64,000 nucleotides of DNA, from NCBI GenBank assembly GCA_964391455.1, contig CAYMJQ010000003.1:12435-76434 (forward strand), read 5' to 3'. The stretch's first letter is position 1; every line of letters starts with the position of its first letter. Below are positions 8,335 through 16,914 of the stretch, one piece after another. The DNA is from an uncultured Candidatus Saccharibacteria bacterium. Lineage in GTDB: Bacteria > Patescibacteriota > Minisyncoccia > Phycocordibacterales > DATDWN01. The position numbers and the translations under genes were made by a program. The notes beneath the pieces are model-generated. The model ran no database searches. It was not told the origin of the DNA and saw nothing but the letters and a program-made list of their open reading frames with translations.

Positions 8335-9006
8335 CTAAAGATTCAAAACCAGATTCTCTAAAATCATTTTGACTGGAGCTCCCCTATCATACAAAGAAAC
8401 TCTTGTTTTTTCGCAAATCTTCAACTTATCTGCATTTTTAAAAACATCATCAGAATAAAGTTCAAACTCTATCTTGTTTAAAAACTCTATAGCATCTTGT
8501 TTGGTCTTCTCTTCATCTTTGATGCCTTCAGTGATTTCTTTAACCAAATTCAATTTATCTTTTATGCTAAGACTTAGAAAATTTTCTGATTGTGAAGTTT
8601 TAGAATTGTATTCATTGAATACCTGCATTCTAGATCGAAAAGTTGGCAATAATATGTCTTGAGGAGAAACAATAAAAAAATGTGTGTCTTTGCTTGGCTC
8701 TTCAAAAACTTTGAGTAAACTGTTCTGTGCTTCTTCTGTTATAAAATTTAATTCAAGAATAAATATCTTTTTATTGCCTAAAAAATCTCTCCTATTTTCT
8801 ATTTGTGATAGTTCTCTTGCGTTCTGAATATTAAAAGAATCATACTTAGCATAAAAAAAATCTGGGTTATTAGATGTATTTATTTTTAAAACATCTTCCA
8901 GAAATATTTTAATTTTATTAACAATATCTCCAGTATCTTTCTCTACAAAATAATAGACGTGATGAAGATTTTTTGAATTATTATAAATATCTAAAAAAGA
9001 CTGCAT
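8335..9006 (-). CDS. holB: DNA polymerase III delta-prime subunit-like (AAA+ clamp-loader subunit)
   Basis: Starting from MQSFLDIYNN..., the protein carries KIFILELNFITEEAQNSLLKVFEEP, HFFIVS and LLPTFRSRMQVF clamp-loader motifs. The upstream 88 codons of the 312-aa track ORF overlap an independent gene in another frame, so the shorter start at 9006 is preferred. Confidence 0.65.
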   Translation of the reverse strand: MQSFLDIYNNSKNLHHVYYFVEKDTGDIVNKIKIFLEDVLKINTSNNPDFFYAKYDSFNIQNARELSQIENRRDFLGNKKIFILELNFITEEAQNSLLKVFEEPSKDTHFFIVSPQDILLPTFRSRMQVFNEYNSKTSQSENFLSLSIKDKLNLVKEITEGIKDEEKTKQDAIEFLNKIEFELYSDDVFKNADKLKICEKTRVSLYDRGAPVKMILENLVLNL

Positions 9007-9067
9007 ATTGTAAGTATTATAACAAATCAGGTAACCACTCACAGAGCAGTTACCTGATTTCTTCACA

Positions 9068-9283
9068 TCACAGTCCGACGGAAACCCCGACAAACTGATC
9101 GAGAAACTCCGACGGAGAAAGAAGTGAATCGTGAGGCTCAATTGAACCACCATAACCATTGAGGAGAAAATACCTCTTGTTCTGGTGTTCCCAAGAAACC
9201 CCAACTTTTTCCAAAAACTCTTGGGCCAAATCCAGTGAGGTAAATGGCCCGATGTTTCGATTGCAGTATACAATTTTGTACAT
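9068..9283 (-). CDS. hypothetical 71-aa protein, GC-richer than flanks, with its own SD and terminator
   Basis: GGGGAGG lies 4 nt before the ATG. The product is MYKIVYCNRNIGPF...VGVSVGL. A hairpin aatcaggtaac/gttacctgatt (9032-9066) follows the stop codon. Confidence 0.5.
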   Translation of the reverse strand: MYKIVYCNRNIGPFTSLDLAQEFLEKVGVSWEHQNKRYFLLNGYGGSIEPHDSLLSPSEFLDQFVGVSVGL

Positions 9284-9326
9284 ACAACCTCCCCTTCATT
9301 AAGAATACTACAAAAATATTCTGTGT

Positions 9327-10340
9327 CTATCTTTTAGAAATTACAGACTTTTTATAATCATCCAAATGTTCTAGAGCAATACCTGTTCCCTTCACAACAC
9401 AATATAAAGCATCTTTAGCTAGAACAGCTTTAACTCCAGTCCTTCTAAAAACCAGTTCTGGAAAATTCCTAAGCTGTGATGTACCTCCAGTCATTATTAT
9501 CCCTTGATCAATAATGTCCGATGAAAGCTCTGGTGGAGTTTCTTGCAAAACATCTTTTATCGCCTTTATCATTTCTCTCAAATCCTTACTTATTGCTTTT
9601 ACTATTTCATTTGTTTTTATTTCTACACTTCTCGGAAGGCCAGTAATAAAATCTCTTCCTTTTATTGTAACAGTCAATTCTTCATCTAATGGAATAGCTG
9701 ACCCAACTTTAACTTTTATATCTTCTGCAGTTTTATCACCAATACCAAGATTAAATGTCTTTTTTATATAATCGGTTATTGCTTGATCAATTCTATTGCC
9801 TGCACATTTAACCGATGTTGAAGCCACTATACCTCCAAGAGAGATGACGGCAACGTCTGTCGTCCCCCCACCTATATCTACAATCATATGCCCTTTGGCT
9901 TCATGAATAGGGATACCGGCACCAATAGCTGCCAAGATAGGTTCTTTAATAACATAAGCACTTTTTGCTCCAGCTCTAATAGCCGCTTCAATAACCGCAC
10001 GTCTTTCAGTAGAAGTAACTCCAGCTGGAACAGAAACCAAAACGTCTGGTTTAAAAAATTGCCATTTACCAAGAGCTTTATCTATGTAATATCTAAGCAT
10101 GGCTTCAGTTACCCTATAATCAGCTATAACACCATCTTTCATTGGTCTATAAGCGATAATATTGTCAGGAGTTCTGCCTATCATCTCTTTAGCTTCTATA
10201 CCTATAGCAACGATTCTGTTATCCTCCTCTGAAACAGCAACCACCGAAGGCTCATTTAAAACCACACCACGGCCAGGGACAAAAACCAGAGTATTAGCAG
10301 TACCCAAATCAATACCTATTTTTTTTGAGAAAAATGACAT
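9327..10340 (-). CDS. second actin-like MreB-family protein (MreB paralog, Mbl-like)
   Basis: 337 aa carrying GIDLGTANTLVF, DIGGGTTD and MTGGTS motifs. It is distinct from the mreB at 3256-4338. Confidence 0.85.
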   Translation of the reverse strand: MSFFSKKIGIDLGTANTLVFVPGRGVVLNEPSVVAVSEEDNRIVAIGIEAKEMIGRTPDNIIAYRPMKDGVIADYRVTEAMLRYYIDKALGKWQFFKPDVLVSVPAGVTSTERRAVIEAAIRAGAKSAYVIKEPILAAIGAGIPIHEAKGHMIVDIGGGTTDVAVISLGGIVASTSVKCAGNRIDQAITDYIKKTFNLGIGDKTAEDIKVKVGSAIPLDEELTVTIKGRDFITGLPRSVEIKTNEIVKAISKDLREMIKAIKDVLQETPPELSSDIIDQGIIMTGGTSQLRNFPELVFRRTGVKAVLAKDALYCVVKGTGIALEHLDDYKKSVISKR

Positions 10341-10410
10341 AATTTTGAGTGTACCACAAAAAACAACTGCAAAAATTTGTTTTTATGATATATTCGGTAT
10401 AATAGCCGAT

Positions 10411-11154
10411 ATGAAGGATAATGTAAAAAATAAAAAAATCTATTATCAAGTCGCTTTTGCGATCGGCGCCTTGGTTGTGCTTGTATCAATATTTAGTTAT
10501 GAAATAACTGGAGGGTTAAGCATTGGTAAAACTGGACAGCTAGCTTTAACTATCCCAATTCCAGAAACAAATATTTTTATTGATCAATCAAAAAAAATTG
10601 TAACTGAAAAAGAAAATGAAGTTTTAGAAATATCTCTTAGTCCAAAAGAACACACAATAATAGTTTCTCACGAAGATTTTTATCCTTGGAAAAAGGAAAT
10701 AAGAATTTCTAAAGATGAAAAAATAAATCTATCACCTATTTTTGTGTACAGAAATCCTTCTGGAAACATCATTACAAAAAATGACCCTGAATACTCAAAA
10801 ATACTAAACGACATTATTAGCAACGTGACGCCTCAAAAAAATTCTCCTAAAAAAAGTCTGGATGGATTAGTTTCCGTGTGGGCAGAAGATGACAAAATAA
10901 TGTCAAAAAAAGACGGTGATATAAAAGAGGTTGTTAAATTCCAAACCCCTATTAGAAACTTGGATTTTTACAAAGACAGAAATGATGTGGTTATGTTCTC
11001 ATCTGGAAATGGCGTTTATGTTATAGAACTAAACAAAGAAGGAACTCAGAATTTTATGCCTATATATAAAGGTGAAAATCCTTCTTTCTTTACGGCCGAT
11101 AAAAACTACATTTTTATACAAGATTTTCAAAACTTAATGCAAGTTATTATATAA
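10411..11154 (+). CDS. hypothetical membrane-anchored protein
   Basis: Starts at the ATG at 10411 (MKDNVKNKK...), has one N-terminal TM segment and no recognisable motif. The longer 330-aa track ORF is antisense to mreB2. Confidence 0.45.
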   Translation: MKDNVKNKKIYYQVAFAIGALVVLVSIFSYEITGGLSIGKTGQLALTIPIPETNIFIDQSKKIVTEKENEVLEISLSPKEHTIIVSHEDFYPWKKEIRISKDEKINLSPIFVYRNPSGNIITKNDPEYSKILNDIISNVTPQKNSPKKSLDGLVSVWAEDDKIMSKKDGDIKEVVKFQTPIRNLDFYKDRNDVVMFSSGNGVYVIELNKEGTQNFMPIYKGENPSFFTADKNYIFIQDFQNLMQVII

Positions 11155-11160
11155 GCATAT

Positions 11161-13083
11161 TTGGAGTATAATACCTCACAAATGCAGATAATAACTATAA
11201 TACCTATAAGTAAAGGAATCCCTAAAGATGTTTTAACCTATTTCACAAAAGATGAGATTGATTTGGGTAGTCTAGTCAAAATACCTTTAAGAAAAAAAAC
11301 CGCCTATGGTTTAGTTATAGATGCAGTAAAAGCCGAAGAAGTTAAATCCCAAATAAAATCTCTGCCCTATTCAATGAAAAAAATTGAGGAAATCAAATCT
11401 AGATATTTTTTGCCAGAATATTTTATAGAATCTGCAAAAAGAATATCAGATTATAATGCTGGAAGTGTAGGTTCTGTATTGTATTCTCTTATACCTAAAA
11501 TAATATTAGAAGAAAGTGATAGTATTAATTTTGAAAAAAAAGAGAGACCAAAAGACACTTTTAATGAAATAGCCTTACTTCAATCAGATAATGAGGAAAG
11601 ATTTGCAACTTATAAAAGTTTGGTGAGAGAAGAATTTGCAAGAAATCATTCAGTATTTTTTTGTATTCCTACTTCAGAAGACTTGGTCAATTCAAAGGCA
11701 ATATTGGAAAAAGGTATAGAAAAATATACTTATGTTTTAAACTCTAATTTATCCAAAAAAGAATTGCTAGAAAACTGGAAAAAAATACTTGAAGAAAATC
11801 ACCCAGTTTTGATAATCGGGACTGGACAGTTTTTATCAATTCCGAGAAATGATATAGGAACAATCATATTGGAAAAAGAATCTTCAAGAGCCTATAAAAC
11901 ACAGACCAGACCTTTTTTAGACATAAGAACAGTTGTAGAAATGCTAGCAAAAGAAATGAAAGCCAGATTGGTTATAGGAGACACCCTTCTTCGTGTTGAG
12001 ACACTTTGGGGTGAAAAAAAAGGTAAATATGCTCAATTGTCTCCTTTAAAATTTAGATCACTTTCTCCGGCTAATTGCGAAATAGTGGACATGAAAATCC
12101 CACAAGAAATGAAAAGTAAAGAATTTAAAATAATCGGAGATAAACTAAAAGAACTGATATCAAATACAATATCAAACAATGAAAATTTGTTTTTATTTTG
12201 TGCTAGAAAAGGCTTATCACCCATAACAATATGTAGTGATTGTGGAACCGTAGTCTCGTGTAAAAATTGCAAAATGCCTGTAGTCCTTTATGGAAAAAAG
12301 GAAGAGGCTGGTGGAGCAAAAAATATTTTTGTTTGTAATCATTGTAGAGAAAAATTTGATACCAGAATAACTTGTACTCACTGCGGAGGATGGAGACTAA
12401 ACCCTATGGGTATAGGCACAGAAAAAGTGAAAGAAGAAATAGAAAAAATTTTCCCCAAAGCAAATATTTTTATTTTTGATAAAGACCATGTAAACACACA
12501 AAAGAAAGCTGAAAAAATACGTAACAATTTTTACGGATCACCTGGATCCATATGTATAGGTACAGAAATGGCTATACCTTATTTGAATCAAAAAATAGAA
12601 AATACAGCTGTAGTAACTTTAGATTCATACTTTTCCATACCAGATTTTCAGATTAATGAAAAAGTATTTCACATCCTACTTGAAATGAGATATATAAGTT
12701 TGAAAGAATTTATCATTCAAACCAGACAAGAAAACACAAAAATATTTGAGTATGCCACAAAAGGCAACTTGATAGATTTTTACAGAGATGAGATAGAAGA
12801 AAGAAAAACGCTTGGTTATCCCCCATTTAATAAATATATAAAAATTACATTAGAAGGAGAAAAAAATACTATCCGAAAAGAAATGGAGAAGATAAAAACA
12901 TTTTTTGAACCTTATAAAGTTCAAATTTTTGATGCTTTCGGTAAAAGCATAAAAAATAAACACACTGTTCATGGATTGTTATATTTGGAAGCAGAACAAT
13001 GGCCAGAAAAAAATATTCTGTCTAAAATAAGACAACTTCCTCCACAAGCTATCGTAAAAATAGACCCAGCAAGCCTTTTGTGA
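11161..13083 (+). CDS. priA: primosomal protein N' (replication restart helicase PriA)
   Basis: 640 aa with N-terminal 3'-DNA-binding, helicase and Cys-rich zinc-binding regions (CSDCGTVVSCKNCKMPV...CNHCREKF...CTHCGG). Confidence 0.8.
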   Translation: MEYNTSQMQIITIIPISKGIPKDVLTYFTKDEIDLGSLVKIPLRKKTAYGLVIDAVKAEEVKSQIKSLPYSMKKIEEIKSRYFLPEYFIESAKRISDYNAGSVGSVLYSLIPKIILEESDSINFEKKERPKDTFNEIALLQSDNEERFATYKSLVREEFARNHSVFFCIPTSEDLVNSKAILEKGIEKYTYVLNSNLSKKELLENWKKILEENHPVLIIGTGQFLSIPRNDIGTIILEKESSRAYKTQTRPFLDIRTVVEMLAKEMKARLVIGDTLLRVETLWGEKKGKYAQLSPLKFRSLSPANCEIVDMKIPQEMKSKEFKIIGDKLKELISNTISNNENLFLFCARKGLSPITICSDCGTVVSCKNCKMPVVLYGKKEEAGGAKNIFVCNHCREKFDTRITCTHCGGWRLNPMGIGTEKVKEEIEKIFPKANIFIFDKDHVNTQKKAEKIRNNFYGSPGSICIGTEMAIPYLNQKIENTAVVTLDSYFSIPDFQINEKVFHILLEMRYISLKEFIIQTRQENTKIFEYATKGNLIDFYRDEIEERKTLGYPPFNKYIKITLEGEKNTIRKEMEKIKTFFEPYKVQIFDAFGKSIKNKHTVHGLLYLEAEQWPEKNILSKIRQLPPQAIVKIDPASLL

Positions 13084-13100
13084 TATTTTAATGAAATAAT

Positions 13101-13649
13101 ATGGTAAAAAAAATCCTACAAAAAAATGAAAAAATTTTAAGGGAAATCGCCAAAGAAGTACCTTTAGAAGAAATAAAATCTCTAAAAATAAAAAAAATAA
13201 TAGAAGAGATGAAAGAAGCTTTAGCCTCCCAAGATGACGGGGTTGCCATTGCGGCGCCACAAATAGGATATTCCTTAAGAATATTTGTCGTATCTAGGCG
13301 AGTAGAAGAAATACTTCTTGAGACAAAACCAGATAAAAAAGAAAATGAGTTAAAAGATTGGATATTTATAAACCCAGTATTGAAAAAATTATCCAAAGAA
13401 AAAAAGAACGTGGAGGAAGGATGTCTTTCAGTAAGGTATCTGTATGGAGAAGTAAAAAGAAGTAAAAAGGCCATAGTAGAAGCATATGATGAAAATGGTA
13501 AGAAATTTCAAAGAGGAGGCACTGGTCTTATGGCCCAGATATTTCAGCATGAGATAGATCATTTAGATGGAATACTCTTTATAGATAAAGCACAAAATGT
13601 TGAAGAAATATTCCCAGAAAAATTAAAGAAATTAAATAATGAAAAATAA
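13101..13649 (+). CDS. def: peptide deformylase
   Basis: Carries the GVAIAAPQIG, EGCLSV and HEIDHLDG motifs. Confidence 0.9.
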   Translation: MVKKILQKNEKILREIAKEVPLEEIKSLKIKKIIEEMKEALASQDDGVAIAAPQIGYSLRIFVVSRRVEEILLETKPDKKENELKDWIFINPVLKKLSKEKKNVEEGCLSVRYLYGEVKRSKKAIVEAYDENGKKFQRGGTGLMAQIFQHEIDHLDGILFIDKAQNVEEIFPEKLKKLNNEK

Positions 13650-14496
13650 AAATATAGATTTCGCTTACTTTGGAACATCAGAGTTCGCCGTATATGTAAT
13701 AGAAGAATTGAAATCAAAAAACTTGATACCTAAGTTAGTAATAACTACCGAAGACAAACCGAGTGGAAGAAAATTAAAACTATCCCCTTCACCAATGAAA
13801 GTATGGGCTGAAAATAATAATATAAAATACATACAACCAAAAACTCTTAAAGGAGAAGATTTTCAAGAGCAATTCAAAAAATACGATATAAACCTTTCAA
13901 TAGTGGCTTCTTATGGAAAAATAATTCCAAAAAATATAATAGAAATACCTGAATTCAAAACAATAAATGTCCACCCCTCTCTTCTACCTAAACTAAGAGG
14001 ACCTTCACCCATCCAAAATACAATACTTCAAGAAAATGAATCTGGAGTAACTATAATAAAAATTGATGAAGAAGTTGACCACGGACCGATACTCTTACAA
14101 AAAAAAGTGGAAAATATAGACTGGCCTCCTTACGCAGATGAACTTGAAAAAACTCTTGGGAAAATTGGCGGAGAAATGTTATTTGAAGTAATAGAAAAAT
14201 TAAAAAATGAAACCATTAAAGAGGTAGAACAAGACCACAAAAATGCAACCTTCACAAAAAAAATAGAGAAAGCTGATGCTGAATTAAATTTCAATGATGC
14301 ACCAGAAGTAAATTTAAGAAAAATAAGAGCTTATAATATATGGCCAAATGCTTATTACTTTGAAAATATAAAAGGTGTTAAAAAAAGAATAATAATAAAA
14401 AAAGCTCATATAGAAAATGGCGAGCTTATTCTAGAAAGAGTTGTCCCTGAAGGCAAAAAAGAAATGAATTACAAAGATTTTCTAAGAGGTGTCTAA
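13639..14496 (+). CDS. fmt: methionyl-tRNA formyltransferase
   Basis: 285 aa with formyl-transferase N and C domains (NVHPSLLPKLRGPSPIQ). It overlaps the def stop in the classic def-fmt pair. Confidence 0.85.
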   Translation: MKNKNIDFAYFGTSEFAVYVIEELKSKNLIPKLVITTEDKPSGRKLKLSPSPMKVWAENNNIKYIQPKTLKGEDFQEQFKKYDINLSIVASYGKIIPKNIIEIPEFKTINVHPSLLPKLRGPSPIQNTILQENESGVTIIKIDEEVDHGPILLQKKVENIDWPPYADELEKTLGKIGGEMLFEVIEKLKNETIKEVEQDHKNATFTKKIEKADAELNFNDAPEVNLRKIRAYNIWPNAYYFENIKGVKKRIIIKKAHIENGELILERVVPEGKKEMNYKDFLRGV

Positions 14497-14663
14497 TCAT
14501 ACGAACCAGAATTGTAGATTGAAATTGAATCTACATACATTGATTTTTCTTGGGCTTTTACCATAACATGTAAAAGCAATATAATGATAAAAATACACCC
14601 AAAGACAAAACCTGTCATAAACCAATTAGCTTTTTGTTTGAAACTTCCTATCTGGATCATAAA

Positions 14664-15035
14664 TTAATTTCTAAAATCTACTCTCTTCAATAAATCTTTT
14701 ATCTTTGAAGCGCCTCTTCTAAACAAAGTGTCTTTTTTACTTTTTTTTGATACCAACTGTCTTTCTATATCATCTTTTACAATATCTATTGCAGCGTACA
14801 GATCAGACTGTTCAGAAACGGCATATACTTGAGGTGAACCGGAGATAGACATATTGACCTCCGCTTTAAATATATCACCAGAATTATGATGTTTAGTAGT
14901 CCTACCTATTTCAACTTCACATAAAACCTCCCCGTCTACTCCTGTAAATTTCTCTAAAGAAGACAGTTTTTTATTAACGTACTCACTTATAGCATCTGTT
15001 AAATCAAAATTTACTGATCTTATTTTTATATTCAT
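14664..15035 (-). CDS. hpf: ribosome hibernation promoting factor / RaiA family
   Basis: 123 aa starting MNIKIRSVNFDLTDAISEYVNKKL... Confidence 0.85.
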   Translation of the reverse strand: MNIKIRSVNFDLTDAISEYVNKKLSSLEKFTGVDGEVLCEVEIGRTTKHHNSGDIFKAEVNMSISGSPQVYAVSEQSDLYAAIDIVKDDIERQLVSKKSKKDTLFRRGASKIKDLLKRVDFRN

Positions 15036-15112
15036 ACCTTAATTATATAACTAAAAAATACTTTTTGAAAAGACCCCAAAATAGGGTTTATAAACAAAAA
15101 GTACTATACAAA

Positions 15113-15616
15113 TTAATCTAGAATGGATACCTCTTTTATGTTGGATTTTAGAATTTTTGAAGAATATTCAGCATCAGATGGTCTATCAAACAAAAAATCT
15201 CCCTCAAACAACTTTCCACTCAAAAGAAATGGAAACCAATATTCATCATCAGGCCACATTTGTGTAAAAGGTACTACACTCATTAAAAACCATTTCGGTT
15301 TCATTTCTTCAGTCTCAACTGGCTCCCGTAAAAAATCTAATAATTTAAAAACATGAACTTCTAGAACTTTATCATCATTTTCAAAAGAAAATTCTAAAAT
15401 ACCTACCTTATTTAATTGACCGTCATTTATCCCCACTTCTTCTTTCAACTCCCTAAGTGCAGCTTGTTCTATAGTTTCTCCTTCTTCCACCTTGCCCCCA
15501 AAACCATTCCATCTACCCGAGCCGAATCCCCTCTTTTTCATACCAAGCAGAATTTTATCACCTTTAATTGGAAAACATAAAGTCAATATTTTTTTCATAA
15601 AAAAATTGTAACACAA
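15113..15616 (-). CDS. NUDIX hydrolase
   Basis: Carries a NUDIX box GGKVEEGETIEQAALRELKEEVG. The true start may be the internal MKKILTL. Confidence 0.8.
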   Translation of the reverse strand: MCYNFFMKKILTLCFPIKGDKILLGMKKRGFGSGRWNGFGGKVEEGETIEQAALRELKEEVGINDGQLNKVGILEFSFENDDKVLEVHVFKLLDFLREPVETEEMKPKWFLMSVVPFTQMWPDDEYWFPFLLSGKLFEGDFLFDRPSDAEYSSKILKSNIKEVSILD

Positions 15617-15664
15617 ATAATTTAATCCAAGGGTAATATTGGGTTGTAATATATATACAGAAAC

Positions 15665-15700
15665 CGCCCGAAAGCTCGACGGCTCTGCGGGCGGCTTTTA
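15665..15700 (-). terminator. GC-rich hairpin terminator at left edge of tRNA-Asn island
   Basis: ccgcccg / cgggcgg form a 7-bp stem with a 16-nt loop, immediately after the stop of the 15714-16109 ORF. Confidence 0.5.
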
Positions 15701-15713
15701 CTGGTTACCTCTT

Positions 15714-16109
15714 TCAGTCCATTTCCAAATAGTCTGGTAGTGACCTACTATAGATTTCATAAGTAAGTTTAGTACCATCGCCATTGAGGACAATAAAGCA
15801 GACCCAATCGTAGTCCATCTTGCCTATTTCTTCAGCGAGATCACTGAGTCCACCATTACCCCAGAATTCAGGAACTCTAGTGCTTTCCTTCGTCTCTTCA
15901 GTCCACAAACAGAGACGTCTGTCTGTGTTTGTTGCAGTGTCAATGATATATCCCCCATTGAATTCAGTTGCGATAAGACGTCTCGCAAAAGAATGTTCAA
16001 GTTTTGGCTCAAATACAACAATAGCTTTTGCTTTTTGCGAAGAACTTGTTACTCCTGGGTCATCTACAAGTTTTTCTATGTTTACTGAACCAGTTTCAAT
16101 CCAGTACAT
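15714..16109 (-). CDS. hypothetical 131-aa protein (island gene F); weak resemblance to SUKH/Smi1-type immunity-like proteins
   Basis: Starts MYWIETGS... with GGAAGGAG 5 nt upstream. A TTGACA-17-TAATTT promoter lies at 16131-16159. The gene is GC-rich and carries EFWGNGG and LPDYLEM motifs. Confidence 0.5.
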   Translation of the reverse strand: MYWIETGSVNIEKLVDDPGVTSSSQKAKAIVVFEPKLEHSFARRLIATEFNGGYIIDTATNTDRRLCLWTEETKESTRVPEFWGNGGLSDLAEEIGKMDYDWVCFIVLNGDGTKLTYEIYSRSLPDYLEMD

Positions 16110-16130
16110 TTTAACTCCTTCCTGATGCAA

Positions 16131-16159
16131 AAATTAACATTAGAATTAATGTGTGTCAA
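16131..16159 (-). promoter_or_regulatory. promoter of island gene F (TTGACA-17-TAATTT), paralogous to the gene E promoter
   Basis: The minus-strand read is ATTGACACACATTAATTCTAATGTTAATTTTTG. It aligns with ATTGACACGCATTTATTTGTGTGTTAATTTTG upstream of gene E. Confidence 0.5.
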
Positions 16160-16172
16160 TTCACAACGCTCA

Positions 16173-16199
16173 TTGGACAAGTTCAGAACTCTGAATTGG
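16173..16199. repeat. 27-bp palindromic element copy 2 (ttggacaagttcagaactctgaattgg)
   Basis: Inverted-repeat arms TTCAGA/TCTGAA flanked by CCAA/TTGG, lying 13 nt upstream of the gene F -35. A near-identical copy is at 16751-16777. Confidence 0.6.
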
Positions 16200-16249
16200 A
16201 GAAAAACTGAGATAGAGTTTGAAATGATAATGTTTGGTTTTGTGTATAA

Positions 16250-16276
16250 CGAAAGCCGCTCTACAAGAGAGCGGCC
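16250..16276 (-). terminator. terminator after island gene E
   Basis: Minus-strand GGCCGCTCTCTTGTAGAGCGGC + TTTCGTT. Confidence 0.5.
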
Positions 16277-16539
16277 AAGATGTGGGCCTTTTTGTCATCA
16301 AATTCATTGAGTGGAACAATTGAGATTGTGTTCAGCCCAATACGAAGTTCAGAGAAGTCAGTAACCTGTTGTCCGATTTTGTGTATCGGAATTCCAGCTG
16401 TTACGAGTTTCTGTACAACGGCCTGTTGAGCTTCTTTTCTGTTCTCTGATTCGACCAATCCAAGCGAGTATGAGCCTCGTCCTGGGTTTTCAATGCTCAC
16501 AATGAAATGCATTTTTACCTCCAAAAACAAAATTAACAC
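16261..16539 (-). CDS. hypothetical 92-aa protein (island gene E)
   Basis: GGAGG lies 7 nt before the ATG. A TTGACA promoter at 16530-16558 sits 5 nt from att repeat A1. The gene is GC-rich. Confidence 0.5.
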   Translation of the reverse strand: MLILFLEVKMHFIVSIENPGRGSYSLGLVESENRKEAQQAVVQKLVTAGIPIHKIGQQVTDFSELRIGLNTISIVPLNEFDDKKAHILAALL

Positions 16540-16563
16540 ACAAATAAATGCGTGTCAATAAAG

Positions 16564-16579
16564 TGCTCCGGCGGTAGGG
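16564..16579. repeat. direct repeat A1: partial copy of tRNA-Asn 3' end (tgctccggcggtaggg)
   Basis: A 16/16 match to plus-strand 17492-17507 (the tRNA acceptor/T-arm 3' portion). Confidence 0.7.
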
Positions 16580-16712
16580 TGATCTTTTTTAATTTTAAAT
16601 TTTCGTCAAAATTTAAAATTAAAAACGCAGTTTGTCGACAAGCCGTACTCGGCTCGTAAACCGACAAACTGTTCGATCCCTACACGAAAACTTTCAGTTT
16701 TCTCGCCGATAG

Positions 16713-16740
16713 TAAAAAAGACCCTTACGGGTCTTTCTTT
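16713..16740. terminator. bidirectional hairpin terminator (aaaaaagaccc ttac gggtctttcttt)
   Basis: Stem agaccc/gggtct with an A-run on the 5' side and a T-run on the 3' side. Confidence 0.5.
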
Positions 16741-16750
16741 GCTCCGCAAG

Positions 16751-16777
16751 TTGGACGCATTCAGAACTCTGAATTGG
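16751..16777. repeat. 27-bp palindromic element copy 1 (ttggacgcattcagaactctgaattgg)
   Basis: Differs from copy 2 only at 3 central-left positions. Confidence 0.6.
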
Positions 16778-16914
16778 GTTGCTATTAAAAGAGAATTAGA
16801 ACTTTCGGGGATTTTAGGTATATCTTATTTTCAAACTGCTTCAGAACTAGTGTAAAAACAGAATCGCCCAACGAGGTCGGGCGACCTGTTGAGCGATGAT
16901 AGAGAAACGGGAAG

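Noticed and set aside
8335-9273. 312-aa track ORF for holB extending upstream to 9273
   Set aside because: The N-terminal 89 residues (MYTAIETSGHLPHW...) overlap, in a different frame, the independent 71-aa gene that has its own SD and terminator. The holB-like similarity begins at MQSFLDIYNN (ATG at 9006).
10162-11154. 330-aa track ORF beginning at 10162
   Set aside because: The first 83 codons are antisense to the mreB paralog. A clean start is the ATG at 10411, after the mreB2 start region.
14520-14660. Possible 41-codon hydrophobic mini-ORF on the minus strand in the fmt-hpf spacer
   Set aside because: There is no convincing SD and it overlaps the fmt terminator hairpin, so it was not called.
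16600-16700. tRNA-like fragment (ttcgatccctac) as a possible second tRNA gene
   Set aside because: Only the T-loop and 3' T-stem half are present with no complementary 5' half or acceptor stem. It is interpreted as an inverted partial att/tRNA core copy.
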